From Tubiluchus corallicola (Eukaryota; Animalia; Priapulida): a DNA stretch of 31,584 nt. Within the stretch, counting starts at the first letter, position 1; each line of letters begins with the position of its first letter. Below, one piece after another: positions 1 to 11,512 of the stretch. The translations under genes and the position numbers were made by a program. Location: contig JAQGDQ010001635.1 of assembly GCA_030141605.1 (NCBI GenBank), positions 1 to 31,584 on the forward strand, in the 5' to 3' direction. The notes beneath the pieces were generated by a model. The model was not told the origin of the DNA. It made no database searches and saw only the letters and a list, made by a program, of their open reading frames with translations.

Positions 1-346
1 TTAGATTGTCGGCTTCAGGTTTAGCAATTTTATAGGCAGAGTTCTGGTCGCCGCTTACAAATTCTTTACTGGGGTTCCCCTCAATATGGTCGGTAATGGC
101 TATTGCATCTAATCCTTCGTAATAGGCTTCTTTAACGCGTACAGTGGGCCAAACAACACCATCGGAAAAAATGGTATGAATATGAAAATCGCCTTTTAAT
201 GTCTTGAATCCCGGAATATCGGGAATATTAATTTCTTTACGATACTGTTTTTGATGCATTTCGGGCTTTTTTACAACATTAATATTTTGAGCCGAAATAA
301 TTCCCGGCACGCAAAACAGCATTGCTATCGCTAATAATTTTTTCAT
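1..346 (-). CDS. PHP-domain metallophosphoesterase (Sb-PDE/histidinol-phosphatase-like), secreted; 3' part runs off the window edge
   Basis: Not in the ORF track. Manual translation from ATG at 346: MKKLLAIAMLFCVPGIISAQ (signal peptide) ... IPDIPGFKTLKGDFHIHTIFSDGVVWPTVRVKEAYYEGLDAIAITDHIE. It carries the PHP motifs DxHxHTxxSDG and AITDH, with no stop before position 1. Confidence 0.9.
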   Translation of the reverse strand, partial: MKKLLAIAMLFCVPGIISAQNINVVKKPEMHQKQYRKEINIPDIPGFKTLKGDFHIHTIFSDGVVWPTVRVKEAYYEGLDAIAITDHIEGNPSKEFVSGDQNSAYKIAKPEADNL

Positions 347-493
347 CGCAGAAACAAAATTTTAAGATTAATTTCCAGAGGTCTCCAAAATAGTTTTTGT
401 ACTTTTTTAAAAACCATAACTTTCCATATGGACAATTTAAATCCATATAAATAATATTTAGGGGCTTATTAATAAATCCATACAGGTTTTTTC

Positions 494-523
494 AAACAGG
501 CCTGGAAATTGTTTCCGGGCCTG
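494..523 (-). terminator. Putative rho-independent terminator hairpin downstream of the lipoprotein gene
   Basis: Inverted repeat CAGGCCTGGAAA (497-508) / TTTCCGGGCCTG (512-523), 11/12 pairs, 3-nt loop. On the minus strand it is followed by only a short T run (TTTG), so the U-tract is weak. Confidence 0.55.
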
Positions 524-578
524 AATCTAACCAAACTATAATCTATGATAAATCGATTTTATCAACCGATTTATTGCG

Positions 579-1718
579 CTATTTCAAAGGCTGTCCAACC
601 GGCGGTACGTCCTCAACTACCCACTCGTGAGCCATAGTAATATCGCATAACATTACTTCGCTAACCCTTAGTGGAGCATCTTCACCGTTATTATCGGCAA
701 ATAGAAGCAAGCCGGCCAGGTCTAACGAGTGTTTACCATCGGCACCTGGCGAACCACTCTTAACTTTAACATTATCAACATAAACCCTAAGGTCAGCTTC
801 GCCAACGGTAAGTACTACACGATGCCATGTATCTTCAAGTAAGCTATACCAAGCTCCGCTGCCAAACCCATTAATCCAAAAACCACCATAATACTGATAT
901 AATGAACCATCGGAACTGTTTGAAACATTTGTTTGTAACAAAGGAATATACGATTCGTATGAAGCAGTTAGAACGTTTACATCGAAAATAAGTGTGAAAT
1001 TATTAACGCGTTCGCCACCCGAGGCGGACAAGCCATGACTAACTTCGTAATGACTGTTTTTATCGATAAGAACAGCACCATCGCCATCTGTTATACCGTC
1101 AATCGCAGCGTGTATCATTCCTCCACCCAGAACTAAATCGTCACCTATGGTAGCTTTTAATAAGTCCGAAGCATTATCAAATTTCCATTGTCCTTTAAGA
1201 ATTTCTGATGCAGGTGGCAAAGGAAGAACAGAAACAACTTTAAATTGAATACTTCCAATTGATTCGTCGTGATAAACAATATCAAACTTTAAGATTTTAC
1301 TACTACCTTCTTCAACCCCTAAATCCGTTAAACTTGAAGTAACATTTACCCTATACATTTCACCATCCTTTTCGGCTTGTGTTACTGTTTGTAACACACC
1401 CATGCTGGTACCATCCAAAACCTCAACAGAGCTAATGTCTTTTGATAGTAATAGTGAAAGAACTACATCTTGTTCCCCTTTAAAACGTTCCTCTTTCGAG
1501 GGGTCGTATTTTAGTGCCGCCAATTCTTCCTCGGTATAGGGCAAGCCTGTTTTGGGGTTAGGATTATCCCAGGCCAGTTCGTAATTTTCAGCGTATCTCA
1601 GGTCATTCCAGCCTTCTTCATCATTTTCGCAACTCGCAATTATCAAAAGCAGTCCGCAGCAAAAAATCGAAGTAGAAAGCTTTAATATATTTTTATATTG
1701 AATAGTTATACTTTTCAT
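579..1718 (-). CDS. Bacteroidota surface lipoprotein with C-terminal LamG/concanavalin-like jellyroll domain (SusE/F-position accessory protein)
   Basis: 379-aa intact ORF. Lipobox LLLIIAS-C is followed by acidic ENDEE, like a Bacteroidota lipoprotein export signal. C-terminal GQWKFD...NNFTLIFDV...DTWHRVVLTV...LRVYVD...LLFADNNGED matches the LamG-like pattern. It starts 21 bp after the susD stop. Confidence 0.75.
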   Translation of the reverse strand: MKSITIQYKNILKLSTSIFCCGLLLIIASCENDEEGWNDLRYAENYELAWDNPNPKTGLPYTEEELAALKYDPSKEERFKGEQDVVLSLLLSKDISSVEVLDGTSMGVLQTVTQAEKDGEMYRVNVTSSLTDLGVEEGSSKILKFDIVYHDESIGSIQFKVVSVLPLPPASEILKGQWKFDNASDLLKATIGDDLVLGGGMIHAAIDGITDGDGAVLIDKNSHYEVSHGLSASGGERVNNFTLIFDVNVLTASYESYIPLLQTNVSNSSDGSLYQYYGGFWINGFGSGAWYSLLEDTWHRVVLTVGEADLRVYVDNVKVKSGSPGADGKHSLDLAGLLLFADNNGEDAPLRVSEVMLCDITMAHEWVVEDVPPVGQPLK

Positions 1719-1739
1719 CTTATTCTGTTTTATGATTCA

Positions 1740-2159
1740 TTAATTTTTCAACAACCATATTACACCGTCCCTATTATCGGTTTCAGAACCGAATTGCGAT
1801 ACAAGTGCCGCTCTGTAGTTTTCCTGATTATTTGTATTCTCAGAAGTTGGATAGGCCCAACGCACAGGTAATTGGGTAACGCCATTTACTCCTGAAAACT
1901 TGTAAGTTGGAACTCCGGTTCTTCTGGTCATAAAAAACGATTCCCAACCTGAGTTTTCGGCAAAAGCTATGTATTGTTGTTCCAAAATTCTAACCAAGCC
2001 TTCATCGCCTGGAATATAAGCTCCTGTTCCCGATAAATAGTCACTTATTTCAGAACTTGATATGCTATAAAATAGCATGGAAGCTCTTACTCCATTTTTA
2101 TAGTGCATTTCTGCATCGGCACTAATCCAACCTCTTTGAGCAGCTTCAGCAATATTTAA
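1740..2159 (-). CDS. susD: SusD/RagB-family outer-membrane nutrient-binding lipoprotein, C-terminal ~140 aa only (5' part cut off at the junction)
   Basis: The frame extends upstream of the ORF-track start: NIAEAAQRGWISADAEMHYKNGVRASM...ILEQQYIAF...GWESFFMTRRTGVP...LPVRWAYPTSE...N..NY...IWLLK. These are typical SusD C-terminal motifs. Similarity stops at ~2160 and an in-frame TGA follows a few codons further upstream. Confidence 0.88.
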   Translation of the reverse strand, partial: LNIAEAAQRGWISADAEMHYKNGVRASMLFYSISSSEISDYLSGTGAYIPGDEGLVRILEQQYIAFAENSGWESFFMTRRTGVPTYKFSGVNGVTQLPVRWAYPTSENTNNQENYRAALVSQFGSETDNRDGVIWLLKN

Positions 2160-2172
2160 ACCTCTATATCGG
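2155..2172. other. Junction between bacterial (Bacteroidota-like) and animal-type DNA
   Basis: Dense operon-like coding DNA to the left. To the right are tandem repeats, MITEs, microsatellites and spliced genes. The SusD frame is truncated here. Confidence 0.85.
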
Positions 2173-2323
2173 GAGCAATGATATCAGTTTGAGAATAAAC
2201 TACACAGGCGTGTACTACAGTGGCAAGACAACATCGAGCAATGATATCAGTTTGAGAATAAACTACACAGGCGTGTACTACAGTGACAAGACAACATCCA
2301 GCAATGATAACAGTTTGAGAATA
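2173..2323. repeat. 63-bp tandem repeat, ~2.4 copies, directly next to the junction
   Basis: GAGCAATGATATCAGTTTGAGAATAAACTACACAGGCGTGTACTACAGTGGCAAGACAACATC starts at 2173 and 2236, and partially at 2299. Confidence 0.9.
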
Positions 2324-2575
2324 CGCCAATGCTTACCCACCATCTAGCCCATAGCTACAATGAGGCAAATGAAGCCATTGTCTTGGTTAATTTTCCTGTT
2401 AAAAATCATTATTGAATGTGTCATCTAATCAATAACCGAATACTATCAAATACAGCTACAAGTTCTGTATTTGGCTACGCGCTAAATGTATGGTTTTAAG
2501 ATGAATGCAAGTCGGTAGAAATTCTATGGAAATTTCTTTCAGCGTGTTTTGAGATTACATTACATGTATTAGCTG

Positions 2576-3057
2576 TACAGTCAACCTCGGGTATAAGGTA
2601 CTCGCTTATAAGGGACCACCAGCACTGGTCCCGATTTTTCGTAACAGTTTCCCTTATAAAAATCTTTGTATATAAGGTACTCACATATAAGAGACTTTTG
2701 GTTATAAGGGATGATATCTTCAGGTCCCGTGCAATAGAAACCCATGTAAATTACCTAGCATATAAGGGACCCTATGATCAAAGCGAAGTTGATCAATCTT
2801 TAACCTCAATTTTTCGCAGTTTTGGCCTTCGAACAGTTTGGTTTCCGCCGTCTCACATCACACATCTCACATCATTGAAGGAGCTTCCTACATACCGTTT
2901 GCACTGAATGTGTAGCAATAATCCATAAAAATATGGGTAAAAGTACAGGTCTAGATATATTACCTCGGTCTCACTCAACTTCGGCTATAAGGGACTTCGT
3001 ATATTAGGAACGGTTTTCCCGGTCTGGAGGTGTCCCTTATATCCGAGGTTGACTGTA
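2576..3057. mobile_element. pogo/Tigger-like (Tc1/mariner superfamily) MITE, 478 bp
   Basis: TIRs CAGTCAACCTCGGGTATAAGG (from 2578) and CCTTATATCCGAGGTTGACTG (to 3055), 20/21 match. Flanked by TA at 2576-77 and 3056-57. Internal TATAAGGGAC motif repeated; no transposase. Confidence 0.85.
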
Positions 3058-4331
3058 TTTAGTTAGATAAATGTAGTACATCATTTGTTTTATAGTCTAT
3101 GAAAAAAAGTTGGCCGGTTTAATGTAAATAACCAAAATAACCATTAATGTAAAAAAGCAAAGTAATGCATAACGTAACCCAGAAATATATGTAATAACGT
3201 AATAGTTGCGTGAAATTTAACCGAGATGTAACACCCCGCAAAACTGATAACGTAATAAAAATCTCTAGCCGATAATGCTATGACATAAACTTAATGTAAT
3301 ATTACTTGAATGAGTTAATTGTTCATAGTTAAGCATTTATATTTGAGAAGCTTATGATATTGTACTCGGGGCTGTAGTAAGCTCATATAGAAACACAAAT
3401 TTAATGCAGGCAAGGAACACAGTGGAGCTCTCATGTGTGCATGTGAACCTGGCTTTAGAATAAACTCGTATTCTGGCGTTGGATTAGTGAAAGCTACCCA
3501 GTCACGTGCACACTTGAGCTTATAAAAAGGGCAGGTATACTGTAGTTCCTTGTCAGTGATCGGTGTCATTTATTGCAGTGTTCTTCTTCAACCTCTGTCC
3601 ACCAAGTCTTTTCTTCTAAGTTCGATATTTGGGTAAGCTGATTGTGTAATTGTATAAGTTTAATAGTAAATGATCAATTCAACTCTGTGATTGGAATTTT
3701 GTTTTGACGGAAACATTTGATTAGCCTGAGCCAAAACATACAGCATAATTTAGGCCGCAGTGTTGTTCGTGTTGCCTCCTTTATGAACCGACGGCAGTCC
3801 AATATTATCAGTTTAAACTGTAATAACGCGATTTAATTACCTTAACTGTTGTAACTTGCGTAGCAAAAATTTGAACGTTAAAATTTTTAACATACCTCGC
3901 GTTCCAGATAAGTGAATTGGCAACGTACTTTTGCGACGAAGGGCAATATGTCCCGTGGTTCCAGTGTGCTATAATATAACTAAAATAAACATTTTCATGA
4001 AGCTTGCATTGAAATTCGATATCTCTAACCCACCTAGGTTCAGTGGATCAGTCATTCTAGGCCTGTAATTCTAGATCGTATCATAAAATGTATCATACTG
4101 TATCACAGTGATCAGTACAGCCTATCAATGACTTTTCATCTTATAGGAATCATATAAGAGCTACGCCATTAACAATTAAAGCTATAATTAGTAATTACAT
4201 TGCTAACTGTAGCATTTGCATTTCTTTGCAAAACCAAATATAACAATTGCAATGCTACGAGGGCGGTTTTAAGCCAATCAGAAAGATTTGTTCAAATTGG
4301 GCACTGCGCCAAGAGGGCAAGGGGGACGCAT

Positions 4332-4582
4332 CTATATATATATATATATATATAGCCTTGACAACTATTTGACAAATATTATAGCTGTATAATGTAGTAT
4401 AATATACAGTAACATTAATCTATATATTTGTAATTCCATATATACACATGTATGAGAGGTGTGTCCACGTGAATGTGTGCGTGCATGCGTGAGTGAGGGT
4501 GTGTGTGTGTGCACGCGTGCGTGCACGAATGAGTGTACACGTGTGCATGCGTGAATGCATGTGTGTGTGCGTGCGTGCACGT
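4332..4582. repeat. (TA)n plus degenerate (GT/GC)n alternating purine-pyrimidine tract
   Basis: (TA)n at ~4333-4353; GTGTGCGTGCAT-type tract at ~4460-4582. Confidence 0.85.
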
Positions 4583-5056
4583 GTCTTCAGAAGTTAGAAA
4601 TATATTACAAACATCTTTTTTGTTGGATGACGGATTAACCTTTTGCGAGGCGCTAGGAAAATAAGAAATGTCGATATATAATTCGCTTGACAACATAAAC
4701 AGAAGCAAAAACCGGGCAAAATGAAAATAAACAAAAAGAATCAATATTTCTACCTGGCCTATTAATAATTATATGTTGTTGGAAGTACACAAAACTGCTT
4801 ACCGTGCTGTTTACATAGGTTGGCACGCTTTGTTTCAGCACCAAATTCCAGTTTTTGTAGTCGAACTCGATGAATTGGCTCAGAGAATGCAGAGAGATCA
4901 CAGGATTCTTATTATCTGCAGTTTTTCCTATAACTGGTGGCAGTTTTATAATTGTGCCTGCAATGTAATTACGTGTTTAATTACTACAACGTGGCTAAAA
5001 TTTTTACTTTCAAAACTACTAAATGTCAGAACAAATGAGTTCATAGGCTTACCTTT

Positions 5057-5700
5057 GTCTGAGCAGCTGTATATAGGCCTAGCTTAGTCTGAGCAGATGT
5101 GCATAGGCCTAGCTTAGTCTGAGCAGATGTATATAGGCCTAGCTTAGTCTGAGCAGATGTGCGTATGCCTAGCTTAGTCTGAGCAGATGTGCGTATGCCT
5201 AGCTTAGTCTGAGCAGATGTGCATAGGCCTAGCTTAGTCTGAGCAGATGTGCGTAGGCCTAGCTTAGTCTGAGCAGATGTGCGTATGCCTAGCTTAGTCT
5301 GAGCAGATGTGTAAAGGCCTATCTTAGTCTGAGCAGATGTGCATAGGCCTAGCTTAGTCTGAGCAGATGTGCGTATGCCTAGCTTAGTCTGAGCAGATGT
5401 GCATAGGCCTAGCTTAGTCTGAGCAGATGTGCATAGGCCTAGCTTAGTCTGAGCAGATGTGCGTATGCCTAGCTTAGTCTGAGCAGATGTGCATAGGCCT
5501 AGCTTAGTCTGAGCAGATGTGCATAGGCCTAGCTTAGTCTGAGCAGATGTGCGTATGCCTAGCTTAGTCTGAGCAGATGTGCGTATGCCTAGCTTAGTCT
5601 GAGCAGATGTGCGTATGCCTAGCTTAGTCTGAGCAGATGTGCATAGGCCTAGCTTAGTCTGAGCAGATGTTTATAGGCCTAACTTTGTCTCACCAGATGT
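5057..5700. repeat. 30-bp minisatellite, ~21 copies
   Basis: Unit GTCTGAGCAGATGTGCATAGGCCTAGCTTA, with two interspersed variants (GCATAGG and GCGTATG). No unique spacers. Confidence 0.95.
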
Positions 5701-5876
5701 GCATAAGCCTAGGTTTGTTTAGTAGATGTGCATAAGCCTAGGTTTGTTTAGTAGATGTGCATAAGCCTAGGTTTGTTTAGTAGATGTGCATAAGCCTAGG
5801 TTTGTTTAGTAGATGTGCATAAGCCTAGGTTTGTTTAGTAGATGTGCATAAGCCTAGGTTTGTTTAGTAGATGTGT
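5695..5876. repeat. 29-bp minisatellite, ~6 essentially identical copies, related to the adjacent 30-bp array
   Basis: Unit AGATGTGCATAAGCCTAGGTTTGTTTAGT, period 29. Confidence 0.95.
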
Positions 5877-6785
5877 AAATTAACTTGCAACTGTGGTGCC
5901 GTATCGTTAGAAAAAAGAGACAAAATTAGGCCGTTTTTCAGATTTGAGAATTCTAACAGTGATTTACTGCAAGCACGTAAAGTTGTCATTTACAACCGTC
6001 ATTTGTAGCCCAGCCAATTGCACCTGCAAGTAGAGAATTTAGACGAAACACTGAACCAAATTGTCACGTTTGGGAAGGCGGAAATATCCCGTCATGTCTA
6101 CTTCTGAATCGTGGTGCTATCATGCCTATGACAGAGATTTAATCGTGATTCGCCACACTTGGAAGAATGAGATACCACGTTTGAACATCTTAACGAGTTT
6201 GTCGATGCAAACGTGGAATTGGTACAGACAAGAGCATCGCAAGTTAAAAAAAGTTTACCTTCAGCAGCATCTTCCATAATTTCTACGTTTGCTTCACAAT
6301 GATCATGATGTTCTCCCGCTACTAATTTGCATTTCTGCCAATCACAGACGGCTATTAAAGGAAACAGAAGTTATTTAGCCACAAAATACGGTGAGAACTT
6401 TCAATTTTACTACAAGCAGTCACTGCCCGAGAAAGTTATCAACAGTCACTTTCACAGCAGACAGTCGATCCGCATCGCGAGGCCTAGACTGGCCATTAAA
6501 CCTTCCAGGAAAACAATCATCTTTTGAATTTTAGAGACTTTGGCCTTTTTTGCAGTTTACGAAAATTTCTGAACTCATTAGGTCTGTTATCTATGTTGAA
6601 ATTTACGATATATTGCACAAGCGTAATAGATATTTGTATATGGCTTTAGCATCTGGTGATTTTAAAATTATTTTTGAGCATCGTGATTTTGCACCCGCAT
6701 TTCAAGAAGGTCTTGATCCTTTTGGACTCCCAAAGACTTGTGCGCTACGAATACTCTGGTTATTTTTTAAAACTTTATTCAGTGT

Positions 6786-6983
6786 TGTCTAAACTTGTTT
6801 CAAATGACTTATCATCAAAATGGCTGCGTCTAACGGCCATCGTGGGAGTTTAAATTTACGAGTTTCATACAGCGTTACAGCCCATGCAAGTCCTGAATGC
6901 AAAAAGGCAGTACGTGAGTGGTACAAAATTTCAAGACTAATTTTTTAAGCTTTATGTAAGAGGAGGGTTTTCTTGTGATTTAA
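6786..6983. mobile_element. Right end of a Kolobok-like non-autonomous DNA transposon (homologous to 27428-27627)
   Basis: Aligns by eye with 27428-27627 (AAAATGGCTGCG.CTAACGG.CATC..GGGAGTTTAAATTTAC..GTTTCATACAGCGTTAC...TTTTTTAAGCTTTAT.TAAG.GGAGGGTTTTC.TGTG.TTTAA). Both end at TTAA. Left end not identified. Confidence 0.65.
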
Positions 6984-7940
6984 ACAGCTTTCTAAGAACT
7001 AACTAACACTATACGTTTACCAATTTTGCAAATAGTAAACAAAACATTTTTATGTAAAACCAGGAGGACACTCATCAGACTTATATAACAACTGTGTTAT
7101 AAGGCTAGTGCACTTACTTCCAGATCTCACAAAACAACAGAAGAAATCCATTAAAATAACGAAGATGAATAGGCTTCTGTAGACGTGGCCTAGCGTATTC
7201 CTCCTGTGTTCCATAATCTAAATAATTTGTTGACATTGGCTGCAATAGGTATTCTCTTGATTAAATTAGTAATTTTGCTTTAATACATAATAGTATAAAG
7301 TAAAAAAGTTCTAAGTGTACAAAAATAGTATACAAGCAATATTATAAAAGCAATGTGACTATCAAATACTTTCCAATTCAACAGCTCGTATTTTCGGCGG
7401 CCAGTTTGTTCGTTTGTCCATCCATTAACTCATCATTCAGCACAAGTATATCAATTTGCGACGTTTTCAGTCCAGAAACATGTAAGTTTAAATAGTTTGG
7501 CTTGACTGAGCTACCTTGCATTAGTTAGAACTTCTTAAATGAGTTGCTTGTTGACTGATGATGCAACAATTATAATTGTGCCGCCGATTCCAAAGCGTTT
7601 GAATGAAAACATTGTAGATTTGCAAAAGAATATCCAATCAGCATCATTCTCTAATAAACCTTTTCGAAGTTTCATCACGTGACATCACGCGTTTAAGCAG
7701 TAGCACTTACGCCGACGTATTTGACGCGCAAGAGAAGAAGCCCGCCATTGAACAAACTGTGGTTAGTTTCTGACGTAAGCAATAGCTGTGTTCGGTTGCC
7801 GTTAATTAAATTTCTAAGCTAATTATTCAAATAGAAGGAACAATTGTTAATTTTTATAAGCAAGAAAATGTATATTTTGGACAGTAAATTAAAATGAGAT
7901 GGAGTCTAAACAATCGTCTAGTTTTCCTTTCAATATTTCC

Positions 7941-8067
7941 ATAATGGTTTATGGCATGTTAGTACTGGTTAAAACATAAAAAAGACACAATATCTTAAAA
8001 TTAAATAATGGTTTGTGGCATGTTAGTACTGTTTAAAACATAAAAAAGCCACAATATCTTAAAATTG
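7941..8067. repeat. 64-bp tandem duplication
   Basis: ATAATGGTTT(A/G)TGGCATGTTAGTACTG...CAATATCTTAAAATT starts at 7941 and 8005. Confidence 0.85.
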
Positions 8068-8629
8068 AACTAAACTGAAACGCGACTAAAGTACTAAAAC
8101 AGACAAATGATTATAATAACGTGTAAAATTAAACACAGGCTGAAGCAAAAGTTAGATATTAGATCAAAGTACATATTAAAATAAACAGGTTGAAGTCCTT
8201 TGCAAAATTAATTCTGATAAAAAACAAAAATTAAACAAAATCAGGCAAAAGCACTAAATTTGACAAATTATAAAATACTTAGTAAAATTACACATAAAGC
8301 AAATTACACATAAAGCACATAAATTACAAAGATCAGTTTGTAAAATTTTCAGTCAACAAATTTTCGTTTAAGTGTTAAAATTTTAATAGAGAGTTAGAGA
8401 GTTTGTGACACATGAAAGTACAGAAAAAGATCATTTTAAAACGTAATCGCATGTATAGTTACAAGTATGAATATGAAGTACAACAGATGGTTTTACATTT
8501 CATACAATGGACAACATCTGATAGCTTGGAACTTCACCAGGAATATCTCACCGGGATGAACCAAGACTCTTTTATCAGATTTGCTTTCCAGGCTGCTGAT
8601 CGTATTAAGATCATCGTTTTGATTCGTGG

Positions 8630-8956
8630 AATAAGCCTTTTCACCGTTCCAGCGATTGATGATGATCGTGAAAAGGTCATAAGTTAAGTGTACCATACAA
8701 CGCATTTCTGTGCACACTTGACAACGCCTCGCAGCCCGTGCTATTGTATTAGTAACAGTATTAACAGCTAGCTAGAACCTTACATAGTTCATTTTTTCTT
8801 GTTCGCAAGCAATAATTCATAACTAAGTAAAGTCCACGTAAAACAACTGAAGTTACTAAACTGATGCGACAGACAGCCTTGCTTCCCACACAGGTCGCGT
8901 AACAGTTGCAGTTAAGATGCGTTGCTGTGGTGTACTTTGACTTACAGCAAATGCAC
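8630..8956 (-). mobile_element. Dispersed TIR-type repeat family, copy 1 (inverted relative to the copies at 25349 and 27963)
   Basis: The reverse complement aligns with 25380-25728 and 27963-28238, sharing the core TTCACGATCATCATCAATCGCTGGAAC and GAACAAGAAAAAATGAACTA. Similarity ends at AATAAGCCTTTTCAC (8630). Confidence 0.8.
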
Positions 8957-9749
8957 TTGCTTATTTATTTAAAGTGTTTATATGAGAGGTGTCGTACAAA
9001 CTATTGCTAAGGCAGTTACATATTGCTAAGTACCATATACCATCTGAAAAGTGGCACTTGTCATGAAAAAATAAATATAGGCTTCTAATAAAAAAATTAG
9101 GCCTATATACATGTTAAATGCATTTGTCAAAGTGGCTTTTGGAGTTGTTATATGAGTCACTTTTCATATGCTTGAGTTTGGACTCATACAGAAAACCATG
9201 GATAGCAAATCATGGACCTTTAACTGCAATAAATTCTTGAATTTGACATGACAGAAAAGTGTTAATCTTGCCACAAAAACATGAGTTGAGAAAACTGCTG
9301 CATTACGAACATTTTAATAAAACTAAAACAAAAAACAGTTAGCATCATGTTTCAGCCACAATTCGGCTGGACCTACGCAGACTTGCACACTTCACAGGCT
9401 TCACAGCAGCAATTAAGTTCAAAATAGTGAGAAGGCAAACAGGTGTGCAGTGACATTATATAATTATATTGTAGGCAGCTGGTAGAAGTTTGCAAGATTA
9501 GCGCTAGATGGCAGCACATTACTACAATGTACAAATAGCAACTTCCACACCATTTCCAAAACTTTTCTTATCTTGTCTCAGTTTTTTTGTTCGCATTGCT
9601 GCAATACTTGGCTAGGTAATAGATCCAAATATTTTCTAACCCTGAAATTAAACCAGTTTATAGAAAATGTAATCGAAATGAAATTCTTGGAAATACCTAC
9701 AGAGTCCATTTCTTTCTGTTTTTTTGCATTTCCGCCAACTCGTACCCCC

Positions 9750-9760
9750 CTCTCTCTCTC

Positions 9761-9855
<95 letters not shown>

Positions 9856-9864
9856 CTCTCTCTC

Positions 9865-9906
<42 letters not shown>

Positions 9907-9970
9907 TCTGTCTCTCTCTCTTTCTTTCTTTCTCTCTCTCTCCCCCCTCTCTCTCTTTCTCTCTCTTTCT
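9750..9970. repeat. (CT)n/(GA)n microsatellite
   Basis: Long CT dinucleotide tract with CTTT interruptions; explains the four low-complexity ORFs here. Confidence 0.97.
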
Positions 9971-11512
9971 CGCAAATGTCAACGAAAGTACGTAGTACGG
10001 CGTTACTTCTGTTCTTTATAATACTAGATTAATTAGGACATCATATACCATATTAAATGATGTTTATTCAATGGCCACTAGCCTTTAGTCTAAAACTCTT
10101 ATAACAGGCTAACAGTAAACAACAAGACGTAGTTGAAACGCTTCACAATAGATGGCGGTACTACATTATAATTTAATACCATAGCAGAACAGCTAAAGAC
10201 TAAACGCATTTGTACAGCAAAAGTGAATCTTTGGAGAAATTCTGGAACAAAAACTACTTGTTGAAAATAATAAAGACATAAAACATAAAATAGTTTTTCC
10301 AGCAAAATCAATCCTTAAAGAAACTCCATATTGTCCTGTAATTGAAGAAATACGATTGTTGACTGTTGATTCATTATTTGAAGAACTTGATGCCTCTTGT
10401 CAATATGTCTGCGTTCGAAGCACTACTCTAAGTAAGTAAGTAAGTAAGTACGCAAGCAAGTAAGCAAGCAAATAAGTTAGTTAGTAAGGAAGGAAGGAAG
10501 TACGTGTTTAGTTACATGTTGTACTTGTCAAACTATCAGATATGTCATTGATAAAAACTAAAACTATGTTAAATGTATAACAATACAATGCAGACAGAAA
10601 CAAAACCTGACTTATCACGCATCACAGTTGGCTATGCCAGAAATTTAGGGCCTAGCTCGATTTTTTTGCGGTTACTTTGTCAATTTAGAGGCGCTGACTT
10701 AAAAAAATGATAGGTACCATTTTTCTACACTTCTTCGGCTGCCATTTTGAATTTGGAAATGGCTGCCACAAACATTTAAAAATTAGTTCCGCGTAGGACT
10801 TTGAGATAGGTTAATTAAGTGAGGATGGGTTAGATGTGCATTAAATGCTTTTAAAAAGTGGGCGTGGGTAAGTGACGTTATCGTGACGTTACGTAAGTTG
10901 CTAAAATGCCTTAATTGACGCTAATGTCTTTCACAGAACAATAACAATGCAGTAATCAACAACAAGCACGAACTGATAGATTCATTATAAAACTGGTTAA
11001 AACTGCAACTTTTTCGAGTTATTTATTTCGGAATCAAGTTCATAAAACACACATATGTAAATATAAGGAGAAAAACGCCATATAATAATATAATAATATA
11101 ACTGTATAATATAATATAATGGTTTGATTGCCCCATACAAATTAAATCTTTCTCCATTTGGTATTTATAAGGGAATTTATGCTGGTATGAGAATACAAAA
11201 TACTTTGTATAATTTGTACGATGTACTAAATTACTTAATTGTTCTCATTGGGTTTTAAAAGAATAAACAGCTTCTCGTATGACTACGTCAGAGTCCTGAA
11301 TTTCCAAACTAACATACATTTGCATAACCCTGTAATCCTAGGGCAATGAAAATGGCTTTTTTATACACTTATTGCACGTAACTTTCAGTTCTTTAGTAAT
11401 TTATTCACAGTAGTTTCTCAAATCTAATGTCTTAGACAGCATAACTGAAAATGTAGTTACTTTGAGAAGCAACCCTTTTGTGAAAATTTGCCTGCACAGA
11501 AAAATTCCTTAT

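Noticed and set aside
347-480. Bacteroidota sigma-A promoter for the PHP gene
   Set aside because: No exact TAnnTTTG -7 element was found on the minus strand.
2155-2162. TTAA at the junction as a piggyBac/Kolobok target site that mobilised the bacterial DNA
   Set aside because: No matching TIR follows, and TTAA is very frequent in this AT-rich sequence.
6061-6853. Cluster of short plus-strand ORFs as a transposase remnant
   Set aside because: No recognisable transposase or THAP motifs; probably the non-coding interior of the Kolobok-like element.
9573-10032. SL- and RE-repeat ORFs
   Set aside because: Translations of the (CT)n microsatellite.
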